Made by a program: the position numbers and the translations under genes. The notes under the pieces are model-generated. The model saw nothing but the letters and a program-made list of their open reading frames with translations. It did no database searches and was not told the DNA's origin. Shown one piece after another: positions 19,801 through 30,800 of a stretch of DNA of 64,000 nucleotides; the stretch's first letter is position 1; each line of letters opens with the position of its first letter. The DNA comes from Candidatus Poribacteria bacterium (GTDB lineage: Bacteria; Poribacteria; WGA-4E; WGA-3G), in contig CAXXLX010000002.1 in the NCBI GenBank assembly GCA_963665235.2, forward strand, positions 672,001-736,000, read 5' to 3'.

Positions 19801-20991
19801 ATGGCAAAGTTAGCACTAAACGGTGGTGAACCCGTTGTCAAAGACGGTTTAGGAAAAAGTTGGCCGATTTTTGATGAAACGGAGGAGCAAGCCCTTTTAG
19901 CAGTATTGCACAGTGGTGCATGGAACAGACGCGAAAAGGTTGACGAAGTCGGTGAAAAGTTTGCAGCATATCACGATGCGAAATACGGTATTCCGCTTGC
20001 AAACGGCACCGTGGCGTTGCAATGCGCCCTAAAAGCTGCGGGTATCACCGCAGGAGATGAAGTTATCGTTCCGGCACTCACATTTGTGGCAACCGGCACA
20101 TCGGCTGTCTGTGTAAACGCAGTGCCGGTTATCGTTGACATAGACCCACTCACCTATAACATCGCCCCCGATGCAATTGAAGCAGCGGTTACCCCCCGAA
20201 CAAAGGCTATTATTCCCGTGCATAACGGGGGTTATCCGGCGGATATGGACGCGATTATGGATATTGCGGAAAGACATAATCTCAAAGTCATTGAGGATTG
20301 CGCCCATGCACACGGTTCGCAGTGGCGTGGGAAAGGGGTCGGTTCAATTGGACACTTCGGCACGTTCAGTTTTCAGATAGGCAAAACGCTCACGTGTGGC
20401 GAAGGCGGTATGGTTTTAACGAACGATGAGGGGCTAGCAAACAGCGCACGCCAATTCGCACAGTTGAACATGCGGATGACAAACTTCCAAGCGGCACTGC
20501 TATTGTCCCAACTAGAACGACTTGATGAACAGGTACAGACGCGCGAACGGAACATCGCTTATCTTGTAAAGGGGATGGAATCGATAGAAGGGCTCAATCC
20601 AATTCCGCGCGATGCCCGCGTTACACGTTGGTGTTTCTATTATTGGGATTTCCGTTTCGTCTCTGAGGCATTCGGCGGTATTTCACGCGACCGTTTTTTA
20701 CAAGCACTAGGTGCGGAAGGTGTGCCTTGTGGTGTCGGTGCACATGGACAACCTATCTATAACGAAGGCCCTTTTGGCAATCCTGCCCTGTTTGACCAAC
20801 TCGGGTTGCCTCGGGAACACCTCGGAGACCGGGCAATTGATTACAGCACGCTCCACTGTCCAGAAGCGGAACGGGTGTATCGGGAAGAGGTCTGCAGCTT
20901 CGGGCATGCCATGTTCTTAGGCGACACAGACGATATGCAACGCATTTTAGATGCATTCCAAAAAGTCCGGAGGCATGTGGATGAATTGTAG
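19801..20991 (+). CDS. DegT/DnrJ/EryC1/StrS family PLP-dependent aminotransferase
   Basis: NGTVAL, GDEVIVPALTF.AT, IEDCAHAHG, FSFQIGKTLTCGEGG, N.RMT..QAA. Confidence 0.93.
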   Translation: MAKLALNGGEPVVKDGLGKSWPIFDETEEQALLAVLHSGAWNRREKVDEVGEKFAAYHDAKYGIPLANGTVALQCALKAAGITAGDEVIVPALTFVATGTSAVCVNAVPVIVDIDPLTYNIAPDAIEAAVTPRTKAIIPVHNGGYPADMDAIMDIAERHNLKVIEDCAHAHGSQWRGKGVGSIGHFGTFSFQIGKTLTCGEGGMVLTNDEGLANSARQFAQLNMRMTNFQAALLLSQLERLDEQVQTRERNIAYLVKGMESIEGLNPIPRDARVTRWCFYYWDFRFVSEAFGGISRDRFLQALGAEGVPCGVGAHGQPIYNEGPFGNPALFDQLGLPREHLGDRAIDYSTLHCPEAERVYREEVCSFGHAMFLGDTDDMQRILDAFQKVRRHVDEL

Positions 20992-21007
20992 GACGCTGTC
21001 TATATTA

Positions 21008-21300
21008 ACGTGAGTTTAGAAAAAGTTTTCCGCTAGTATTCGGGCTACAAGTTCGCGCATAGTGGGCAATTCATCACCTGTCAGAGCCCCATTCAGTATT
21101 CGGAGTGAAACCCTGCTCCTCTGGGGCGATTCATCGACCGTTTTGTCAAAATCGCGGAGTATCGCGGAATACACGGAAGGCGCGGAGAGGGTTTTGGTAT
21201 ATTTCAGTTTCCATTCACAAATGCGTAGCTGTTAGCAAAAAGCCTCTTCTTTCCGCGTTCTCTGTGTCCTCTGTGCCATCTGCGATTCTGACAAGCGAGA
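21008..21300. repeat. Degenerate intergenic repeat cluster (MITE B end, hairpins, 9-bp TTCTCTGTG-like repeats)
   Basis: AACGTGAGTTT at 21008; CCTCTTCTTTCCGCGTTCTCTGTGTCC is similar to 45304-45350. Confidence 0.55.
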
Positions 21301-21314
21301 AACCGCCAAAACCA

Positions 21315-21538
21315 CGTTGCAAACCGCAACATACGTTGCATTTTGCATCATGTCCCGATAAATCCTACCCCTCAAAAATTTCAAACCAACCCCGCATCAA
21401 ATCAGATAGGCGAGAAATCCCCTAGAATTCTGTTGTATTTTGCGACATACATCATATTTTGCAACGAACTCCGATAAACCTTGTCGTATCAAGGTGCCAA
21501 AGCCAAATTTTCCGCAAATCCTGTTGCATTTTGCAACA
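21315..21538. promoter_or_regulatory. Five copies of a 17-bp palindrome (consensus TGTTGCATTTTGCAACA), candidate enhancer-binding protein sites
   Basis: Copies at 21315, 21334, 21431, 21450 and 21522; two pairs are spaced 19 bp apart; about 125-350 bp upstream of a sigma54 promoter. Confidence 0.65.
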
Positions 21539-21662
21539 ATTCCATAAAGACATCCATAACACTTATCCGCCCACCAAAAAAATTTTTCACCCCCGATAAA
21601 CCCTTACCACACAAGGCTCCACACGACATCCCAATAATACCAAAAAGACCAATTTTAGCTAT

Positions 21663-21678
21663 TGGCACGGCAATTGCA
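21663..21678 (+). promoter_or_regulatory. Sigma-54 (-24/-12) promoter
   Basis: TGGCAC-GGCAA-TTGCA, exact consensus and spacing, 169 bp upstream of the giant ORF start. Confidence 0.8.
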
Positions 21679-21846
21679 CAATAGGGAAACAGATAAAGAA
21701 TTTTTCGCGGTCTCGAAATTGGTAAAATCACTTTTTTTCCCTATCAACCAAATTGAGACACTTCGGGGACGCATTCAAGCGGGAAGAGCGGTCTACCTGC
21801 TGACAACTGACACAAAATTTTTACGGAACGGAACAAGGAGGAGCTT

Positions 21847-24800
21847 ATGAAAATGTTATCACAAATTATTTCACGAAAAAATTTCAGTAACACCTTAACC
21901 CGAAACTTATTCACAGGAGCACTGATGCTCCTATTGTTAACCGCAGGCATGGTGCTAATAACACCACAAGACGCACATGCACAAAGCGTAACGGTGAATT
22001 TCTCGGAACCCACAGGCACACAGACAACCAAAACATTCAAGGTGGGAGTCACGTTAAATCTCGTTGCCTCTGCCGGTCCCGGTGGTAATGGTACTTTTAC
22101 CACGGGAGATGTTTCAGTGACAACAACCCGCACACAAGGTTCGGGAGATGCCACAGTGGTGGCAGTGACCGGGAGCGGAAAAATTTACGACGTTGAGATT
22201 AAACCGCCGGGTAACGCAAAAGGAAGTATCACCTTTACCGTAAAACAGAATTCAATTTCTGCAACCCATACATCGTTAGGATGGGTGCATGGGCCTTCCT
22301 CGGCGAAAACCACTAATAGTATTAGTTTTGATACGACAAATCTGTTGACGGTGGATTTCACAGAACCCACAGGTGTACAGACAAGCAGTACGTTCACTGT
22401 GCCAATCGCTTTCAGTCACACTGTCACCGGCTTTACCGCGTCTGACATCACAGTGGCAACAACCCGCACATCCGGTTCAGGAGATGCCACAGTGTCATTG
22501 AGCGGCTCGGGCAGTAGCTACACCGCCACGGTTACACCACCGACGAACGCGATAGGGGGTGTAACCCTTACCGTAAAAAAGGATTCCGTAACCTTTAATA
22601 CAAACCTCAACGGGCCTTCCACGGCGGAAACCTCTAAGAGTATCGGTTTTGATACGATGCCGCCGCCGACGGTGAGCTTCACAGAACCCGCAGGCACACA
22701 AGCAGGAACTACGTTTACCGTGCCGATTACCATCTCCAAGAGCGTCACGGGTTTCGCAGCGAGCGACATCACGGTGACGACAACGCGCACGAGTGGCACG
22801 GGCAATGCCACGGTGGCGTTGAGCGGGTCAGGCACTTCCTACACCGCAACTGTTACATCACCCACGGCAGCAAAAGGCACTATCACATTGGAGGTTGCTA
22901 AAGATGCGGTCACGGATGGCAGCAACCGCACTGGTCCCACAAGCGCAGCTACATCCTCTGCCATTTCCTTTGATACAACTGTGCCAACGGTAAGTTTCTC
23001 GCTACCCACAACCACACAGACAGGTGCCACATTTGGAGGTTCGATTACCTTCTCTAAGAGTGTTACAGGGTTTGATCAAAATGACCTAACGATCACTACC
23101 ACACACACAAGCGGCACAGGCGATGCAACGTTCACGCTCAGCGGCTCCGGTAAAACTTATACTGTCACGGTCACCCTGCCGTCTGCTGCGAAAGGCACCG
23201 TTACACTGGAAGTTGCAAAAGATGCTGTCACCGATGGTACGCGTACCGGTCCTTCAAGTAAAGCTACATCTTCTGCGGTTAATTTTGATACTACAGCACC
23301 GACAGTTGCCTTTACCGAACCCGCAGACACACAAGCGGGAACCACCTTTGACGTGCCGATTACCTTCTCTAAAAGCGTTACAGGGTTTTCTACGGCCGAC
23401 ATTACGATAACAACAACACGCACAAGTGGCACAGGAAATGCTACGTTCACGCTCAGCGGCTCCGGCGAAGACTATACCGCCACGGTGACATCACCGACCG
23501 CAGCCAAAGGCACTATCACACTGGAGATACGGAAAAATGCAGCAATTGGTGCCGGCAAACGCAGCGGTCCTGTAAACAAAGTTACATCCGATGCCATTTC
23601 CTTTGATACCACCGTGCCAACGGTGACTTACACCGAACCCGCAGGCACACAGGCAGCAGCCACGTTTGACGTGCCGATTACCATCTCTAAGAGCGTTACA
23701 GGGTTCGCCGCAAGTGACATTACGGTGACAACAACGCGCACGAGTGGTACCGGTGACGCAACGGTGGCGTTGAGCGGTTCAGGTACTTCCTATACCGCCA
23801 CGGTGACCTCACCGACAGCAGCCAAAGGCACCATCACATTGGAGGTCGCAGCAGATTCTGTCACGGATGGCACGCGCACGGGTCCTGCCAGCAAAGCCAC
23901 CTCTTCTGCGATTAATTTTGATACCACAGTGCCAACAGTCAGTTTCACAGAACCGGCAGGCACACAGATAGCAGATACATTTGACGTTCCGATTACCATT
24001 TCTAAGAGCGTCACAGGGTTTGCTGCAAGTGACATTACAGTGACGAGTAGCACAGGCACTGCTTCGGTATCGTTAAGCGGATCGGGTACGTCTTACACCG
24101 CCACGGTTACCTCACCCACGGCAGCGAAAGGCACGGTTACATTGGAAGTTGCGGCAGATTCGGTCACGGATGGCACGCGCACCGGTCCTGCCAGCAAAGC
24201 GACATCTTCTGCCATCAATTTTGATACGACGGTGGCAACGGTGAGTTTCACAGAACCGGCAGGCACACAGATAGCAGATACATTTGACGTTCCGATTACC
24301 ATTTCTAAGAGCGTCACAGGGCTTGCTGCAAGTGACATCACGATCACAACAACGCGCACAAGTGGTACAGGTGATGCCACGGTATCGTTGAGCGGTTCAG
24401 GTTCATCCTACACCGCCACGGTGACATCGCCAACCGCAGCAAAAGGTACCATCACCTTGGAAGTTGCAAAAAATGCGGTTACGGATGGAACACGTACAGG
24501 TCCGGCAAGTAAAGCAACATCGTCTGCGATTAGTTTTGATACGAGCACCATAACAGTAGATTTCACAGAACCGACAGGCACACAGATAGCACCACTGGGA
24601 ACTTTTAGAGTGCCGATCACCTTCTCAAAAAATGTTACGGCCTCAGACCCAAAAAGTGATACGGGGAGTTTTAAGACTACGAATTTCTCTGTGACGACGA
24701 CATTGACGAGTGGCACAGGGAGTGCTTCGGTGCAAAGCGTAATCGGTAATCCAGGAGGTACTGGTTATGACATAGATATCTCCTTGCCGTCTGCTGCGAA

Positions 24801-27800
24801 AGGCACAGTCACACTTACGGTCAACGCAAATGTGGCAACGGATGGCACACGCAAAGGCCCGGCAAGCGACACAACATCTGATGCGATGAGTTTTGATACA
24901 ACCGTGCCAACGGCAGATTTCACAGAACCGGCAGGCACACAGTACGGAAACACCTTTAATGTGCCAATTACCTTCTCTAAGGTCGTTTCAGGATTTGCGG
25001 CAAGTGATATCACGGTGACCACCACGCGCACGAGTGGCACAGGCGATGCCACGGTAGCGTTGAGCGGTTCAGATTCTTCCTATACTGCCGCGGTGACCTT
25101 ACCGACGACTGCAAAAGGCACGGTCACACTTACGATAGCCAAAAATTCGGTCACGGATGGAAAAATCCAAAAAGATTATGGAGTACGCAAAGGTCCGGCA
25201 AGCGACACAACATCTGATGCCATTTCCTTTGATACAACCGTGCCAACGGTGACTTACACCGAACCCGCAGGCACACAGTACGCAAATACCTTTACCGTGC
25301 CGATTACATTCTCTAAGAGCGTCACAGGGTTTACGACAGTGCCGAACCTCACTGGTAATGCTGACCTTACGGTGAAGACGACGCGCACGAGTGGTACCGG
25401 CAATGCGACAGTTTCGTTGAGCGGTTCAGGTGCCTCCTATACCGCCACGATTACTTCACCTACGGCAGCAAAAGGTACCATTACGTTGGAAATTGCCGCA
25501 GATTCGGTAACAGATGGCACCCGCACGGGACCTGCCAGCAAAGCCACCTCTTCTGCGATTAGTTTTGATACAACAGTAACAACAGTGAGTTTCAATGAAC
25601 CCGCAGGCACGCAGTACGGAAACACGTTTGATGTGCCGATTACATTCTCTAAGAGCGTCACAGGTTTTACCGCAAGTGACCTCACGTTGACAAGTAGCAC
25701 AGGCACTGCCTCAGTTTCGTTGAGTGGATCGGGCACGTCTTACACAGCCACGGTTACCTCGCCCACAGCAGCGAAAGGCACTATTACCTTAGAAGTTGCG
25801 AAAGATGCGGTTACGGATGGGACACGCACTGGACCTGCCAGCAAAGCGACATCTTCAGCGATTAGTTTTGATACGACGGTAGCAACAGTGAGTTTCACAG
25901 AACCGGCGGGCACCCAGGTATCAGATACGTTTGACGTGCCGATTACCTTCTCCAAGAGCGTCACGGGATTTGCAGCCAGCGACATCACAGTGACAAGTAG
26001 CACAGGCACTGCTTCAGTGTCGTTGAGTGGCTCGGGTACGTCTTACACAGCCACGGTGACTTCACCCACAGCAGCCAAAGGGACCATCACCTTGGAGGTT
26101 GCTGCAGATTCTGTCACGGATGGCACGCGCACCGGTCCGGCAAGCAAAGCGACATCTTCAGCGATTAGTTTTGATACGACAGTGGCAACGGTGAGTTTCA
26201 ATGAACCGAACGGTGTCCAAACATCGAATAACTTTGACGTTGGGATTGATTTTTCTAAGAGCGTCACAGGGTTTACCGCGAGTGATATTACGTTGGTCAC
26301 GACTCTCACGAGTGGTTCCGGCACGCCATCGGTTAGCCTCAGCGGCTCGGGTAGTGCCTACACCGCCACGATTACATCTCTGACAACAGCGAAGGGCACC
26401 ATCGTGCTGGAGGTTGCAAAAGATGCGGTTACGGATGGCACGCGCACGGCTCCTGCCAGCAAAGCGGTCTCTGCCGCCATCGCTTTTGATACGACGGTAC
26501 CTACCGTCACTTTCTCTGAACCGAAAGGGACGCAAACGGCGGATACGTTTACCGTAGGGATTAATTTCTCTAAGAGCGTCACAGGATTTGAAGCAGGTGA
26601 TCTCACATTAACGACAACGAAGACTGGGACACCACCTACAGTGGACGCTACCCGTGAATCAGGTGATCTCACATTAACGACACCCCCCCCACAAGGTTTC
26701 GGTGATGCCTCGTTCACACTGAGCGGGTCAGGTTCATCTTATACCGCCACGGTGACATCACCGACAGAAGCGAAGGGTACGGTGAAATTCGAGATTGCCA
26801 AAGATGCTGCGACCGATGGCACGAAACAGGTGCCGAAAAACAGGCAGACATCCAAGAATATCGCCTTTGACACCACAACGCCACAGGTCACTTACGACGA
26901 ACCACAAGGTGTCCAGATCGCTGATACGTTTGATGTGGGGATTCTTTTCTCTAAAAGCGTCACCGGGTTTGAAGCAGGTGACATTAGGTTGACCACGACA
27001 CACAAGGTTGGCACAAGCGGCACAGGTAACGCCTCGTTGACGTTGAAGGGGTCAGGTGAGTCTTGGATCGCCAGAATTACACCGCCGAAGGCATCCAAAG
27101 GCACGGTGAGATTAACTATTGGCGCATACACAGTCACCGATGGCACACGCACCGGGCCTAACAGCGAATTGATCGGTTCTGCTATCGCGTTTGATACCAC
27201 AGTTGCAACGGTGAGTTTCAGTGAACCAACAGGTGTCCAGACAGTAGGTGTCTTTGATGTCCCGATTACCTTCTCCAAGAGCGTCACAGGGTTTAATACG
27301 GTTCAGGACTCCCTTAATAACCGCACTGGTGTCGTTGCTGACCTCACGGTGACAATCGTGAGTGAAAATGGAAGTGGAGGTGCCACGGTAAAATTAAGGG
27401 GTTCGGGGTCCGCTTATGTCGCGGCGATTATCCCGCCCACGGCAGCGAAAGGGACTATAACACTACAAGTTGTGAGAGGTGCAGCCACAGATGGCACACG
27501 CCCCGCTCCTGCCAGCAAAACTACATCTAAGGCTATCGCTTTTGATACCACAGTTGCCACGGTGAGTTTCAATGAACCCACAGGCACACAGTACGGAAGC
27601 ACCTTTAACGTTGGGATTACCTTCTCTAAGGGTGTTACAGGGTTTGAAGCAAGTGACATTACTGTGAAAAGTAGCAGTGGGACTGCCTCTTTGACGTTGA
27701 GCGGCTCCGGCACGGACTACACTGCCAGGGTTACCTCACCGACAAATGCCAAAGGCACCCTCACGCTTCAAATCGCCGCAAATTCGGTTACGGATGTTAC

Positions 27801-30800
27801 CGATGGTGCCCGCCGTGCCCCTGCAAGCAATGCCAACTCCAAGGTTATTGCGTTTGACACCACCCAAGGCACGGTGAGTTTCAGTGAACCCGCAGGCACA
27901 CAGCGAGCGGACACCTTTAACGTTGGGATTACGTTCTCGAAGTCTGTCACCGGGTTTGAAGCGGGTGACATCACGCTCACGACAACACACACCAATGGTT
28001 CCGGCAATGCTACGTTCACGTTGAGTGGTTCAGGGACCTCCTATACCGCCACGGTGACTTCACCGACCGCAGCCCAAGGCACGGTGACACTCGCCGTCGG
28101 CAAGCATACCGCGAATGATGGGGCAAACAGTGTGCCTGCAACCACAGAGACATCACAAGCTATCGCCTTTGATACGACACTCCCGGCGGTCAGTTTCACT
28201 GAGCCGCAAGGTGTGCAGACAGGTGCATTTAATGTCGTTATCACCTTCTCCAAATCTGTCACAGGTTTTGAAGTAGGCGATCTGACATTGACAACAACTC
28301 GGACAAGTGGCACAGGCACTGCTGCTCTTAGCAGTTTAACAGGCTCCGGCACCAATTACGCCGCTTTGATCATACCGCCTGCAAATGCTGCGGGTAGTAT
28401 CGACCTCACTGTGAAAGCGGATGCGGCGACAGATGGCGTGCGCAACGGGCCGTCTCAAAATGCAAGTGTATCGGTAAGTTTTGATACACAAGTGAACACG
28501 CCGCCTGTGAATTTGGATCCGATTAACGCGCCCCCGGCTACATTAGTTTTCAGTGAACCTTCGGGAACGCAACGCGCCGACACGTTTGATGTAGGGATTA
28601 CCTTCTCTAAATCGGTCACTGGGTTTGAGGCAAGTGACATCACAGTGGTGAGCACCTCTGGCACTGCCTCGTTAGTCCTTAGCGGTTCGGGTACGTCTTG
28701 GACAGCTACGATTACATCGCCAACCGATGCAGCCGGGAGTGTCACGCTTGAAGTTGCTGCCGATGCTGCCAACGATGGTGTGCAGGATGTGCCGACTACC
28801 GCGCAAACATCCGCAAGTGTCGCTTTTGATACGACAGTGCCGTCCGTCAGTTTTACTGCCCCACAAGGTGTGCAGTCGAGTGCGTTTGATGTGGGTATCA
28901 CCTTCTCGAAGTCTGTCACCGGGTTTGAAGTAGGCGATCTGACATTGACAACAACTCGGACGCATGGCATAGGTGATGCGACTATTGCTTTGGCGGGCAG
29001 CGGTGCCGATTACACGGCTACCATCACGCTCCCTGTTGATGCTGCTGGCGGAATCTCCCTCACCGTGAAAGCGGATGCAGCGTCGGATGGCGTGCGGAAC
29101 GGGCCGTCTGAAAATGCGAGTGTATCGGTATCTTTTGATACACAAGTTAGCACGCCGCCTGTGGATACGCCTCCGGCTAACACGCCGCCTGTGGATACGC
29201 CTCCGGCTAACACGCCACCTGTGAATACGGATCCGACTAACACGCCGCCTCTGAATACGAACCCGACGACGCTAGTTTTCAGCGAACCTTCGGGAACGCA
29301 ACTTAACAACACGTTTGATGTCGGTATCACCTTCTCCAAACCTGTCACGGGGTTTGAAACGGATGATATTACCCTTATCACAACGCGTGCCGATACCAGC
29401 GGCGGCACCGTCTCATCGGTATTGACAGGTGAAGGTGCAAACTATACAACCACAATCACCGTGCCCGCCGAGGCCAAAGGCACGTTACAGGTTCAAGTCC
29501 GTGCTGATGCTGCAAACGATGGTGTGTATGATATGCCGACTGCCGTTAGAACATCGGAAAGTATCGCTTTTGATACAACAGTACCGACGGTCCGCTTCAC
29601 AGTGCCGCAAGATGTGCAGACGGGTCCGTTTGATGTCGATATTACCTTCTCCAAACCTGTCAACAGGTTTGAATTGGGCGATATGACATTGACGACAACT
29701 CGGATGTATGGCATAGACGATGCGACATTCACTTTGACAGGCAGCGGCACGGACTACACGGTTACCATCACGCCCCCTGTTGATACTGCTGGCGAAATCG
29801 TCCTCACTGTGAAGGTGAATGCGGGGACAGACGGTGTCCGAAATGGGCCTGCTGCAGATGTGAGTATAACGATTGATTTTGAAACCGAGTCGCAACTGGT
29901 TGACACAGGGTCTACAGAGGAGTATGGCTCCGATTTCGGCAAAGTCATCTTCAACGAGATATACAACGGGACGGAGGATAAAAATGACTGGATAGAACTG
30001 AAGAACGTAGGACAGCGGAGCGTTAATCTTGGAGATTGGGAAATCGGCATCGTAACAGGCAACGGCAAGACCCTGGAGGAGAAAAAGATTATCACACTGC
30101 CAAGCTACGAGCTGCTGCCGAACCATATCCTTTTGATTCTCAACAGTGCGACGGAGAAAACCGCAATCGCAGCGGGTATTGACATCTACACCGGCCGGTG
30201 GGATGATGCCGTCCTGGAAAGTTGGAACGTCTCCCGGTATCTGGTCACCAAAAAGTTGAAACTTCCGCTTCCGGTCGAGGAGAAATACCTTCTCACTTTG
30301 CGTGAGAAGAAGGATAGGATTGGCACCTCCGAAGCGATTGTTGATGTTGCCAGCACCTATTGGCCGAACAATCTAGACCACGAAACGTTGCTGTGGCCCC
30401 TGTATATCCAGAAACCGACAGGGATACGACCGGTCTTTGCATTGGATGCAGCGTGGCGGCGGACCGATAAGAAAATACCCGGCACGACCGCAACGAAGAA
30501 GTTGCCCGGCTATCTCGCAGCGGCGTGGACAGCCAGCGGATACCAAGAGGGACGCGGCTACGATAAGGATGCCCCGAAGGCAACCAGCCTCGGCACCCCC
30601 GGACATCTCAACGATTATCCGGTAGCCACAAATCTGCCCAGTGGGCCGGTTTCTATCAGTGAGCTAATGTTCGCCACGCGAGACTTCGGTCGTGCCGCCC
30701 CGCAGTGGATAGAGTTTTACAATACCTCTAACAAAACTGTTGACCTGAGAGGGTGGCAGTTTAACTTAGAAGTGAAACCTGAACCGAACACGTTGCGAAA

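Noticed and set aside
21690-21846. Known riboswitch (for example c-di-GMP) in the adhesin leader
   Set aside because: A stem is possible but I could not match any riboswitch consensus by eye
22185-30126. Many antisense ORFs of 70-210 aa within the giant gene
   Set aside because: Shadow frames of the repetitive Thr/Ser/Val-rich coding strand
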